Shown here: piece after piece, positions 1 through 9,194 of the stretch
How positions within the stretch are numbered: position 1 is the stretch's first letter
Layout: every line of letters starts with the position of its first letter
Virus record (IMG/VR): IMGVR_UViG_2671180296_000008
Coordinates: 1-44,752 of that record
Length of the DNA: 44,752 bases
Origin: a virus
Lineage: Duplodnaviria; Heunggongvirae; Uroviricota; Caudoviricetes
Direction: 5' to 3' (one strand)
Made by a program: the position numbers and the translations under genes
Notes under the pieces: generated by a model
Told to the model about the DNA's origin: nothing
Database searches by the model: none
Seen by the model: the letters and a program-made list of their open reading frames with translations, nothing else

Positions 1-504
1 TTATTGATAGTGTTTTATGTTCAGATAATGCCCGATGACTTTGTCATGCAGCTCCACCGATTTTGAGAACGACAGCGACTTCCGTCCCAGCCGTGCCAGG
101 TGCTGCCTCAGATTCAGGTTATGCCGCTCAATTCGCTGCGTATATCGCTTGCTGATTACGTGCAGCTTTCCCTTCAGGCGGGATTCATACAGCGGCCAGC
201 CATCCGTCATCCATATCACCACGTCAAAGGGTGACAGCAGGCTCATAAGACGCCCCAGCGTCGCCATAGTGCGTTCACCGAATACGTGCGCAACAACCGT
301 CTTCCGGAGCCTGTCATACGCGTAAAACAGCCAGCGCTGGCGCGATTTAGCCCCGACGTATCCCCACTGTTCGTCCATTTCCGCGCAGACGATGACGTCA
401 CTGCCCGGCTGTATGCGCGAGGTTACCGACTGCGGCCTGAGTTTTTTAAATGGCGGAAAATCGTGTTGAGGCCAACGCCCATAATGCGGGCGGTTGCCCG
501 GCAT
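1..504 (-). CDS. insB: IS1 transposase InsB
   Basis: 167-aa [19 protein letters not shown]... recognised as IS1 InsB. Confidence 0.9.
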   Translation of the reverse strand: MPGNRPHYGRWPQHDFPPFKKLRPQSVTSRIQPGSDVIVCAEMDEQWGYVGAKSRQRWLFYAYDRLRKTVVAHVFGERTMATLGRLMSLLSPFDVVIWMTDGWPLYESRLKGKLHVISKRYTQRIERHNLNLRQHLARLGRKSLSFSKSVELHDKVIGHYLNIKHYQ

Positions 505-698
505 CCAACGCCATTCATGGCCATATCAATGATTTTCTGGTGCGTACCGGGTTGAGAAGCGGTGTAAGTGAACTGCAGTTGCCATGTTTTACGGCAGTGA
601 GAGCAGAGATAGCGCTGATGTCCGGCAGTGCTTTTGCCGTTACGCACCACCCCGTCAGTAGCTGAACAGGAGGGACAGCTGATAGAAACAGAAGCCAC
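423..698 (-). CDS. insA: IS1 InsA
   Basis: 91-aa [26 protein letters not shown]... recognised as IS1 InsA; overlaps insB as in the IS1 frameshift arrangement. Confidence 0.9.
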   Translation of the reverse strand: MASVSISCPSCSATDGVVRNGKSTAGHQRYLCSHCRKTWQLQFTYTASQPGTHQKIIDMAMNGVGCRATARIMGVGLNTIFRHLKNSGRSR

Positions 699-771
699 TG
701 GAGCACCTCAAAAACACCATCATACACTAAATCAGTAAGTTGGCAGCATCACCTAATTGAGGGATAACAAC

Positions 772-803
772 AAAAAAGGTGAGTTTTGCGACTCACCTTT
801 TTA
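772..803 (-). terminator. Rho-independent terminator downstream of mlaA (potentially bidirectional)
   Basis: Hairpin AGGTGAGT-TTTGCG-ACTCACCT flanked by an A-run and a T-run. Confidence 0.5.
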
Positions 804-811
804 TTTGTTTC

Positions 812-1567
812 TTATTCAGAATCGATATCTTTTAACTCATCCTGAATCGCTTGCGCGTTCGGGTTTTCCTGCGGTTTGAGTTCGCCGCCATTGGCGATGA
901 AATCATGACGCTGGAAGTACGCTTCGCGCACCATAATGTATGGGTCGGACGACTGACGCAGCAGGCCGTCGGAATCCAGCAGTTGCGCACGGGTTTCGAT
1001 ACCTTCAAGCGTCCATTTACCCACGGACATCGGCCAGGTCAGCCAGGAAAGTACCGGGTAAAGACCATCCGCCATATCACCGCCGTCATCACGCAGCGTG
1101 AAGCTTCCGTAGAACGGTAATTGTACGTACGGCCCATACCCCACGCCATAATGACCAAGCGTACTACCGAAGCGGTGAGGTTCAGTCCGTTGCAGTTTCG
1201 GGTTCGCCATCCCCGCAACATCAATAAAGCCGCCCATCCCCAAAATAGTGTTCAGGAAAAAGCGGGTAAAGTGGACCATCCCCTGATAAGGGTCGCCCTG
1301 CAAGAAGTAGTTAACCATCACCGCAGGTTCTTCAAGGTTGCCGGTAAAGTTGCTCAAACCGTTACGCGCCGGTTGCGGAACATAATCACGCCAGGCGACT
1401 GCGACCGGTCGAACAATATACGGGTCTAATACATTGAAGTTGAAGTTGTACATGGTGCGGTTGAACCCTTCTAATGGGTCAGAACGCCCTTGCTGATCTG
1501 TACCGGAACTCGCACACCCCACCAGAAGCGTAGTTCCAAGAGCAAGCGCCGACAGGCGAAGCTTCAT
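812..1567 (-). CDS. mlaA: Outer-membrane lipoprotein MlaA (VacJ)
   Basis: Protein from MKLRLSALALGTTLLVGCASS... (lipobox LVGC) recognised as MlaA; the ORF-track N-terminal extension MANCISHKKNRETF is rejected. Confidence 0.9.
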   Translation of the reverse strand: MKLRLSALALGTTLLVGCASSGTDQQGRSDPLEGFNRTMYNFNFNVLDPYIVRPVAVAWRDYVPQPARNGLSNFTGNLEEPAVMVNYFLQGDPYQGMVHFTRFFLNTILGMGGFIDVAGMANPKLQRTEPHRFGSTLGHYGVGYGPYVQLPFYGSFTLRDDGGDMADGLYPVLSWLTWPMSVGKWTLEGIETRAQLLDSDGLLRQSSDPYIMVREAYFQRHDFIANGGELKPQENPNAQAIQDELKDIDSE

Positions 1568-1861
1568 AAATGTCTCCCTGTTTTTTTTATGGCTTATGCA
1601 GTTTGCCATCCATGACGGAACGATACCGTATCCGCCTGTTTAGGTGTGGGCGATTGTAACAGCACGTCAACTGATGTCCAGACGCCCTGATTTGCTGATT
1701 TGATCATAGCCTGGTAATCGACGCCCTGTAGGCTACTTGATTCTATAGAAACAGAAAAAGGCAAACACAGCCTTTTCTACATTTTCAGAGTAACTCCCGC
1801 CAGTTGCGAGCAAAAAAGCCGCTACGCTTTAGCTATACGTGCTAATTCAAGAGAAGAGACC

Positions 1862-2794
1862 ATGGACAACGACAAAATTGATCAACACAGCGACGAAATT
1901 GAAGTTGAGAGCGAAGAAAAAGAACGCGGCAAAAAAATAGAAATAGATGAAGACCGACTCCCCTCCCGGGCGATGGCAATTCATGAACATATCCGCCAGG
2001 ATGGTGAAAAAGAGCTGGAACGCGACGCAATGGCGCTACTGTGGTCAGCCATTGCGGCGGGTCTGTCGATGGGCGCTTCACTACTGGCAAAAGGGATATT
2101 TCATGTCGAACTGGAAGGCGTGCCGGGCAGTTTCTTGCTGGAGAATCTCGGTTATACCTTTGGCTTTATTATCGTCATTATGGCCCGCCAGCAATTATTT
2201 ACCGAAAACACCGTGACTGCGGTACTACCCGTCATGCAAAAACCGACAATGAGCAACGTCGGCTTACTTATGCGGTTATGGGGCGTCGTGCTGCTGGGGA
2301 ATATTCTCGGGACAGGTATTGCGGCGTGGGCATTTGAATATATGCCTATCTTTAATGAAGAAACTCGCGATGCATTTGTAAAAATCGGCATGGATGTGAT
2401 GAAGAACACCCCCAGTGAGATGTTTGCCAACGCGATCATTTCCGGCTGGCTGATCGCCACTATGGTATGGATGTTTCCTGCAGCGGGTGCGGCAAAGATT
2501 GTAGTGATTATATTAATGACCTGGCTTATCGCCCTCGGAGACACCACCCACATCGTTGTCGGTTCTGTAGAAATCCTCTATCTGGTATTTAACGGCACGC
2601 TGCACTGGAGCGATTTCATCTGGCCCTTCGCGCTGCCTACTCTGGCAGGAAACATCTGCGGCGGCACCTTTATATTCGCGTTAATGAGTCATGCACAGAT
2701 CCGTAACGACATGAGCAACAAGCGCAAAGCAGAAGCACGACAAAAAGCAGAACGTGCGGAAAACATTAAGAAAAATGATAAAAACCCGGCATAA
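1862..2794 (+). CDS. yfdC: Inner-membrane formate/nitrite-transporter-family protein YfdC
   Basis: 310-aa ORF MDNDKIDQHSDEIEVESEEK... recognised; K-12-like gene order mlaA-yfdC-argW. Confidence 0.85.
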   Translation: MDNDKIDQHSDEIEVESEEKERGKKIEIDEDRLPSRAMAIHEHIRQDGEKELERDAMALLWSAIAAGLSMGASLLAKGIFHVELEGVPGSFLLENLGYTFGFIIVIMARQQLFTENTVTAVLPVMQKPTMSNVGLLMRLWGVVLLGNILGTGIAAWAFEYMPIFNEETRDAFVKIGMDVMKNTPSEMFANAIISGWLIATMVWMFPAAGAAKIVVIILMTWLIALGDTTHIVVGSVEILYLVFNGTLHWSDFIWPFALPTLAGNICGGTFIFALMSHAQIRNDMSNKRKAEARQKAERAENIKKNDKNPA

Positions 2795-2869
2795 ATGGCG
2801 AGGGTTTAAGCAATCGAGCGGCAGTGTACTTACCCCGCTGAGCATTAGCGGGTATACTCATGCCGCATT

Positions 2870-2944
2870 GTCCTCTTAGTTAAATGGATATAACGAGCCC
2901 CTCCTAAGGGCTAATTGCAGGTTCGATTCCTGCAGGGGACACCA
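2870..2944 (+). tRNA. argW: tRNA-Arg (anticodon CCU)
   Basis: GTCCTCTTAGTTAAATGGATATAACGAGCCCCTCCTAAGGGCTAATTGCAGGTTCGATTCCTGCAGGGGACACCA; anticodon loop CTCCTAA; T-arm GGTTCGATTCC. Confidence 0.9.
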
Positions 2945-2950
2945 TTTATC
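2930..2950. repeat. attL core: 21-bp direct repeat CTGCAGGGGACACCATTTATC covering the tRNA 3' end
   Basis: Exact 21-nt identity with 43055-43075. Confidence 0.65.
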
Positions 2951-3105
2951 AGTTCGCTCCCATTCGTACCAGTCCGCAAAATTCCCTGAATATCAAGCCT
3001 TCCGCAGATTCACAGTTCGTAATGGTTCGCGTCAGATCGTTGACAGCCGCACTCCGTGACGGGTAAAAAGTGGATAAAATAATTTTACCCACCGGATTTT
3101 TACCC

Positions 3106-4263
3106 ATGCTCACCGTTAAGCAGATTGAAGCAGCAAAGCCGAAAGAAAAACCATACCGCCTTCTCGATGGTAATGGCCTGTACCTTTATGTCCCTGTATC
3201 CGGGAAAAAGGTATGGCAGCTTCGCTACAAGATTGACGGTAAGGAGAAAATCCTGACCGTCGGAAAATATCCGCTTATGACTTTGCAGGAGGCAAGGGAT
3301 AAAGCATGGACTGCGAGGAAAGACATCTCGGTTGGCATCGATCCGGTAAAAGCGAAAAAGGCTTCGTCTAACAACAATTCCTTTAGTGCGATTTACAAGG
3401 AATGGTACGAGCACAAGAAGCAAGTATGGTCAGTAGGCTATGCAACTGAACTTGCCAAAATGTTTGATGACGACATTTTACCCATCATCGGCGGCCTTGA
3501 GATTCAGGATATTGAGCCGATGCAACTGCTGGAAGTAATCCGCAGATTTGAAGATCGCGGTGCAATGGAGCGAGCCAACAAGGCCCGCAGAAGATGCGGC
3601 GAGGTTTTCCGTTACGCTATTGTCACTGGTAGGGCTAAATATAACCCGGCACCTGACCTTGCAGACGCCATGAAAGGATACCGTAAGAAGAACTTCCCAT
3701 TTCTTCCTGCAGACCAGATCCCGGCATTCAACAAAGCACTGGCAACATTTTCAGGAAGTATCGTATCGCTCATTGCCACCAAGGTTTTACGCTATACAGC
3801 CCTAAGAACGAAAGAGCTTCGTTCCATGCAATGGAAGAACGTCGATTTTGAAAACAGGATTATCACCATTGACGCCAATGTGATGAAGGGACGCAAAATT
3901 CATGTGGTTCCTATGTCAGACCAGGTAGTTGAACTTCTCACTACGCTAAGCTCAATCACCAAACCAGTATCAGAGTTTGTTTTTGCCGGGCGCAACGATA
4001 AGAAGAAGCCAATCTGCGAGAACGCGGTATTGCTTGTGATTAAACAAATCGGCTATGAGGGTCTGGAAAGCGGTCACGGATTCAGGCATGAATTCAGCAC
4101 GATTATGAACGAGCACGAATGGCCTGCTGACGCTATTGAAGTGCAACTTGCACATGCCAACGGCGGATCTGTGCGCGGGATTTACAACCATGCTCAGTAT
4201 CTAGATAAGCGCAGAGAAATGATGCAGTGGTGGGCGGACTGGATTGATGAAAAGGTGGAGTGA
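3106..4263 (+). CDS. intS: Tyrosine integrase, IntS-like
   Basis: MLTVKQIEAAKPKEKPYRLLDGNGLYLYV... recognised; start taken at ATG 3106 rather than the GTG at 3070 of the ORF track. Confidence 0.8.
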   Translation: MLTVKQIEAAKPKEKPYRLLDGNGLYLYVPVSGKKVWQLRYKIDGKEKILTVGKYPLMTLQEARDKAWTARKDISVGIDPVKAKKASSNNNSFSAIYKEWYEHKKQVWSVGYATELAKMFDDDILPIIGGLEIQDIEPMQLLEVIRRFEDRGAMERANKARRRCGEVFRYAIVTGRAKYNPAPDLADAMKGYRKKNFPFLPADQIPAFNKALATFSGSIVSLIATKVLRYTALRTKELRSMQWKNVDFENRIITIDANVMKGRKIHVVPMSDQVVELLTTLSSITKPVSEFVFAGRNDKKKPICENAVLLVIKQIGYEGLESGHGFRHEFSTIMNEHEWPADAIEVQLAHANGGSVRGIYNHAQYLDKRREMMQWWADWIDEKVE

Positions 4264-4357
4264 TCCACCTTAATCACTATCGAAGAGCACAAAGCCTTGC
4301 AATCCAGTGCAAAGCTTTGTGTGTCTCAGTTTTGTTTCATCTGTAATTATGTGTTCG

Positions 4358-4660
4358 CTACGATGCAAGAATCCATACCAATAAGCATCCGATAATTGGG
4401 AAAGAAAAATCCAACAAACTTCCCACACCCCACGCGCGCGGATCAAAACCGCCCCACCACGGCATATTCATACGCTTGCCATGCCCGAACATTTCAATCC
4501 AGCGATATTCTGCCTGGATGTGTTCACGCGCAATGAAGAACGTACAACCAGCTATCGCACCGTAAGCCCAGTTTCCGGTAAAATGACCAATCAGTAGCTG
4601 CGCAGCCACAGCACAAAGTGCATGAAGTAAGGGTGTTATATCCATTTTCATCCTACCCAA
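4358..4660 (-). CDS. Hypothetical small membrane protein (conversion-module neighbour)
   Basis: 100-aa ORF with hydrophobic segments; start uncertain (MGRMKMDITPLL...); not recognised. Confidence 0.45.
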   Translation of the reverse strand: MGRMKMDITPLLHALCAVAAQLLIGHFTGNWAYGAIAGCTFFIAREHIQAEYRWIEMFGHGKRMNMPWWGGFDPRAWGVGSLLDFSFPIIGCLLVWILAS

Positions 4661-4687
4661 TAAAACGGGGCGCTCGGCCCATTAATA

Positions 4688-4867
4688 TTATTTAGACGCA
4701 AGCGCTGCCTCAATTGCAGATAACATTTGTCTTAATTCTGCGTTTTCTTCTTCCAGTGCTGTTATTCTGTCGTCTGACTCTCTGGCTACCTGAACAAGCA
4801 AGCCAGTAACACCAGAATAATCTACAGTGTAATACCGTTCACCTTCTTCACCTAAAGGATGACAAAA
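4688..4867 (-). pseudogene. 3' remnant of a gene encoding a tail-fibre C-terminal chaperone-like coiled coil (no start codon)
   Basis: Open frame ...GERYYTVDYSGVTGLLVQVARESDDRITALEEENAELRQMLSAIEAALASK*, bounded upstream by an in-frame stop; resembles the C-terminal helix of intramolecular-chaperone (S74-like) domains by recollection. Confidence 0.35.
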
Positions 4868-5116
4868 TCACATAAATAATTTAAAAATCATAGCATTAGA
4901 TTACTTAATGATTAAATAATAGACTGCAAAACGCGACAAAACACAACATATCCAGTCACTATGAATCAACTACTTAGATGGTATTAGTGACCTGTAACAG
5001 AGTATTAGCGCAAGGTGATTTTTTGTCTTCTTGCGCTAATTTTTTGTCAACGCACTGGGTTAGTTGAATTTACAACCATGCTCAGTTTGGTGATCTCTTT
5101 AGGTCGATTGTTATGG

Positions 5117-6157
5117 TTATGCTCTGCTTGATTCAGTGATTTTGGAATCCTGCATTTTAGTAATCATACCCATAATTTTATGCCTAAGCTTTTCCATTGG
5201 GTTTTCGATTAGATAAAAACTTACCGCCCCAACTAAGATTGATGCTACCATCGTTGCTATATACATATAGAAACTGATTCCTACGTACCACACACCCATT
5301 GCTAGAATCAGGAAGTGCCATAGGTATATAGAGAAGCTCCATTTACCAATGTAAGACATTAACGGTGTTGACAGAGCCCAAGCAAATACACCTTCTCCAT
5401 AGCTCATTAGCAGAACAATGAGTCCAAATATTGGCGCATAGAAAATAAATTTGTTGAGAACCCATCCATCAGTAAACCCACCAGTTAACTTCCACATAAC
5501 TTTAGGCAGTGCAATAAGCATTGATACAATAAAGAACAGGAAGGCTATATCAGACAACTCTTGACCAATTTTAAGGAAATTATCGTGATAGAGAAATGCT
5601 GCAATCATTCCGCAAGCAAACAGTGGGAAATACCACATCACCATTCCGCCATACGCACTATCCATCGCAGGGTACAATCCCTGTAGCAATACAGCCAGTG
5701 CGAAAATAAGGAATGCCGCTGCTTTTCCATTGTACACTTTTTGAATTGCGACACCAGCATACGCAAAGAATGGAAGTATGAAGTAGAATTTATACTCAAT
5801 TGGTATTGTCCAGAAATGAAGCACGGCCTCTTTCATCGTTATGATTGAGATTGCCGTATTCAAATCAAAATACCCAAAATATGAATACACGAGAACAGCT
5901 ATTGCGAACACCGGAAGGATTCTCATTGTTCTTCCAAGGAAATAACTTAAAAGAGACCGCCAGGAAAATCCGGTAGAAATAAATCTACTGGTTAGCAAAA
6001 ATGCGCTGAGAACAAAGAATATCCAAACGCCAAACTGTGAACTTCCACCAAGCATAACCTCATACTCATGAAAATATATTCCTGTAGCGTGGGCTATTAT
6101 TACAAGGAATACCGCTATTGCCCTTAGTCCATCAAGAGACTTGATTTTACCTTTCAT
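5117..6157 (-). CDS. Acyltransferase-3 family membrane protein, Oac-like O-antigen acetyltransferase (candidate lysogenic conversion gene)
   Basis: Multi-pass membrane ORF with the LDGLRAIAVFLVIIAHA motif typical of Acyl_transf_3; start placed at MKGKIKSLDGLRA (ATG 6157), the ORF track extends to 6244; AT-rich. Confidence 0.7.
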   Translation of the reverse strand: MKGKIKSLDGLRAIAVFLVIIAHATGIYFHEYEVMLGGSSQFGVWIFFVLSAFLLTSRFISTGFSWRSLLSYFLGRTMRILPVFAIAVLVYSYFGYFDLNTAISIITMKEAVLHFWTIPIEYKFYFILPFFAYAGVAIQKVYNGKAAAFLIFALAVLLQGLYPAMDSAYGGMVMWYFPLFACGMIAAFLYHDNFLKIGQELSDIAFLFFIVSMLIALPKVMWKLTGGFTDGWVLNKFIFYAPIFGLIVLLMSYGEGVFAWALSTPLMSYIGKWSFSIYLWHFLILAMGVWYVGISFYMYIATMVASILVGAVSFYLIENPMEKLRHKIMGMITKMQDSKITESSRA

Positions 6158-6240
6158 TTCTTTCCCAGATATGGAGTGAACATCTGCGAAAATGTAGCAC
6201 ATTTCAAGGTAAACAAGAAGCGCATCCATGCGCATTTTCA

Positions 6241-8160
6241 TCACCCTGCCTTGGTGTATGTCCAGTTAAATGTTGTTGTTCCCTGGCTTGTGATGGTTAC
6301 AATCCTTCCTGTCACTGTAAATGATATCAACCCTCCTGACTTAAGCGGAGTTAAAGTAAGTGTTGTTCCGTCCCACATGGCAAGCTGAAGCGAAGAGAAA
6401 TTTGTTCCACTGCTTTCTGCCCAAACGCTTATCAGGTACATCCCTTGGCTATTTGGCAGTTCAAACAACGTAGTTGCTACGTTAGCTGCAACAGCCTGAG
6501 TTCCTTTCGCTGTGTACACTGCTGGCAACTGATTACCTGCAGAGCTTCGTGATTCAACATATGAGCCTGAAGTTTGCGTCCCAGTTAATGAGCAGTCAGT
6601 AAATACTCCATTCCCTGTGCTGTAAGTTGATATTACAGGAGTCCCACCAGTCGGAGCCTTAAACCGGCATCCCTCAGCAATTATTTTTGCTGTTGAGTCT
6701 GTCAGCAATGTGTTTGGGTATCCAGAGCCAGTGTAGGTTATTGATTCGCTATCAAGGAAGCTATCGGTACTTGATTTTATGTTAACAATGCTTGTGCCTG
6801 TTGCAAAGATAAATGCTGCTGTCCCACTCCCCGTTGTTTGCATTGAGTTTCCATGCCCGGCCAATCCTGATATATGGGCAATAGTATCATTAAGTTTTAT
6901 ATACGACGCAGTAATTCCATTTGTATTTTTTATTATATTAGACTCACCATCATACCCTGTAATAGTAAGACACTTACATCCAGAAAAATATAACCCTGAG
7001 GAATCAAATGTATATTGCGACCCGTCAACTGTGATCTGGTCTCCTGCACAGTTTATTAGCTGAGGAGACAGGCAATTTACAACATACCATGCCTGTGCTG
7101 CATCCAGCACATAACATGTATCCCACTGTATTGTCGTTCCGTTCGCCTTATAGAAACCATGCGCAACTCTCCTCGCCCATACCTGGGTATACTTTGTTAG
7201 GTAATTTCCAGAGTCATCATATATGGCCCACCATGCACCATCAACCTCAACATTTTTAATGTGCATAACGCCTGGTGAAGTAGTTCCTCCATCAATTAGA
7301 ATGCCAATTTTACCATCATTGCCAGTAGGTGATGTAGGGCGTCCTCCATCGTAAAAAATATAGACATTTTCAATATTTATTGTATTAAACGCTGCGTGGT
7401 AATGGAAACAAGCTATATTTCCTATTACTGCTATGAAAGTTTCCGGCCTATTTATGTTGCTGTTTGTTTCGCCATTTATTGTGCAGTTTGAATTCATCTC
7501 TATCGTTGCATTTACGAAGTAAGTTCCAGATGTCAATAATACATTCCGCCCTGTATTAATTGCGGCCTGTATGCCTGCATAGTCAAGAGACTGAGTTAGT
7601 GATGTTACGAATGGATAAACAGCCTGCGCCGCTGATAGTGTGGAGAATTTCTCGCTGAGTGGATGCAGAGTTCCGTCAGCTGTTGCACCGAAATCCTTGG
7701 CTGAAATGAAGTTGGTATTTTTATCATGTTGAGTTAAAGCTATTGAGCCGATATATGGCTGCTTAACTGCAACTAGTGCATCTCCCATTCCATCAGCATC
7801 GCTTTCTAACTGCTGCTTAAACTGATCAGGGTCATACTTCAGCACATTAGGAAAATAGAACTGCTGTGCACCATACGCATCATATACAGCCATAGAATGG
7901 CCTTGCACAGTTACGAACTTGGCAATCTGTCCGTTATATACAGGGTAACCAGCGGCGTTAATGATGATTGGTTGCGAAACAGGAACGTGAGAGCCGTCTT
8001 CGTTCTCTACATAAACCTGAATCTGGTTTTCAGGATTTACCGGGTCAGTGTCAATTTTACCGATATAAATTTTGCCATTGGCTACGGCTTTAAAAGAACG
8101 AGCCATAGTGAAGAGTTGCGAAGGCATGCTTACCACAACATTTGCGGTGATATCTGACAT
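6241..8160 (-). CDS. Tailspike protein with P22-type N-terminal head-binding domain and a distinct receptor-binding domain
   Basis: N-terminus [59 protein letters not shown]... matches the P22 gp9 head-binding domain by recollection; the rest is divergent. Confidence 0.85.
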   Translation of the reverse strand: MSDITANVVVSMPSQLFTMARSFKAVANGKIYIGKIDTDPVNPENQIQVYVENEDGSHVPVSQPIIINAAGYPVYNGQIAKFVTVQGHSMAVYDAYGAQQFYFPNVLKYDPDQFKQQLESDADGMGDALVAVKQPYIGSIALTQHDKNTNFISAKDFGATADGTLHPLSEKFSTLSAAQAVYPFVTSLTQSLDYAGIQAAINTGRNVLLTSGTYFVNATIEMNSNCTINGETNSNINRPETFIAVIGNIACFHYHAAFNTINIENVYIFYDGGRPTSPTGNDGKIGILIDGGTTSPGVMHIKNVEVDGAWWAIYDDSGNYLTKYTQVWARRVAHGFYKANGTTIQWDTCYVLDAAQAWYVVNCLSPQLINCAGDQITVDGSQYTFDSSGLYFSGCKCLTITGYDGESNIIKNTNGITASYIKLNDTIAHISGLAGHGNSMQTTGSGTAAFIFATGTSIVNIKSSTDSFLDSESITYTGSGYPNTLLTDSTAKIIAEGCRFKAPTGGTPVISTYSTGNGVFTDCSLTGTQTSGSYVESRSSAGNQLPAVYTAKGTQAVAANVATTLFELPNSQGMYLISVWAESSGTNFSSLQLAMWDGTTLTLTPLKSGGLISFTVTGRIVTITSQGTTTFNWTYTKAG

Positions 8161-8281
8161 TTCATTGCTCCAGACGAATGATATGATGCAACCATGATGT
8201 GATTGCATACCGAAATGGTACTATTGAGTATTTATCCAGTAGGTTACGATGCCATTCCACCCAACTGGTGAGGCATCAAGG

Positions 8282-8548
8282 ATGTACAGCAAATACGATG
8301 AGGCGCAGTTTCACTTGAGACTTCCGCATGAACTCCACGCGAAAATTAAGCAGCGTGCGAAGATGAATAACAGATCGCTGAACTCAGAGATAATTGCAGC
8401 GATTGAAGAATCGTTGACTAAACAAAGCTCTGTATCCGTTTACATTGACGATGCAGAGCGTATGGCAGAACAACAATCTGATATGGTTAAGAAAATGGTT
8501 TTTGAAACGCTTAAGACCATGTATAGCAATAATAAAAAGGAAACATAG
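8282..8548 (+). CDS. mnt: Mnt-like ribbon-helix-helix repressor
   Basis: MYSKYDEAQFHLRLPHELHAKIKQRAKMNNRSLNSEI...VKKMVFETLK resembles P22 Mnt by recollection; divergent from the tailspike gene. Confidence 0.6.
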   Translation: MYSKYDEAQFHLRLPHELHAKIKQRAKMNNRSLNSEIIAAIEESLTKQSSVSVYIDDAERMAEQQSDMVKKMVFETLKTMYSNNKKET

Positions 8549-8618
8549 AAATCTAGTTTCCGGATAAAATGGCATTGCCTTCATGATATCCTGTGAAAAA
8601 CTAAGGAGAGTTAACCAT

Positions 8619-9104
8619 ATGAAAAAATCACTGTTAATTATCCCGCTTCTGCTGGTTGGATGCGCAAAAGTAAGTGACTATCAAGCAAGTTGCGAACAAC
8701 GCTATCAAAAGCTTAGCGATATGGCTAATTGCCTTGATGCCAGTGTGAAGAACGACTCACGCATGGCATCAGCACCAACACCTAAGCTGTATGTCCTTGC
8801 TGCAAAGATGCTCGGGCAAGGTGTCGATGAAGGCAAGATAAGTGACGCACAGGCAAGACTTGAGCTTCAGAATCTTTATGTTCAATTACAAAGCCAAGAA
8901 CAAGCCCAACAAATAGCACAAAGCCAAGCATTCCAGCAGGCTTTATTGAATTATCAGGCTGTAAACACAATGCAAGCGATCGAGCAAAAAGCGCGCCAGC
9001 CTGTTATAACTCAACCTTACCCAACACGCGTTGACACATATACAAACTGCAATTCAGGGTTTGGAAATACAGTCACATGCAACAGTAGCAGTAACATAAG
9101 ATAA
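8619..9104 (+). CDS. Lipoprotein of unknown function, Gln-rich (candidate lysogen-expressed exclusion factor)
   Basis: MKKSLLIIPLLLVGC lipobox signal peptide; AGGAG about 10 nt upstream of ATG 8619; immediately follows mnt on the same strand. Confidence 0.6.
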   Translation: MKKSLLIIPLLLVGCAKVSDYQASCEQRYQKLSDMANCLDASVKNDSRMASAPTPKLYVLAAKMLGQGVDEGKISDAQARLELQNLYVQLQSQEQAQQIAQSQAFQQALLNYQAVNTMQAIEQKARQPVITQPYPTRVDTYTNCNSGFGNTVTCNSSSNIR

Positions 9105-9194
9105 CAATCAGCAAAGGTATCGCCTATGCAGAGTGGTACGATAAACCTCGCGTTCTACATATTTGGTTTTTGCACGTTCCTGGTGTTTGAAAAG

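Larger units (their letters stand above)
1..753 (-). mobile_element. IS1 insertion sequence, truncated by the window start; left inverted repeat ends at 753
   Basis: InsA and InsB ORFs recognised; terminal ...TAAGTTGGCAGCATCACC at 736-753 matches the IS1 end as recalled; the window starts inside the other terminal repeat. Confidence 0.9.

Noticed and set aside
1568-1609. N-terminal extension of the mlaA ORF (MANCISHKKNRETF)
   Set aside because: The lipoprotein signal peptide begins at MKLRLS, so the extension is an ORF-finder artefact. Similar extensions were trimmed for the integrase, gp4, cII, N, cro, phosphatase, mnt and lipoprotein genes.
8161-8281. Partial palindromes (ATGCAA...TTGCAT, TACTATTGAGTA) as candidate Mnt operators
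   Set aside because: The symmetry is weak and I could not match it confidently to the P22 Mnt operator. Noted only inside the Mnt/lipoprotein finding.
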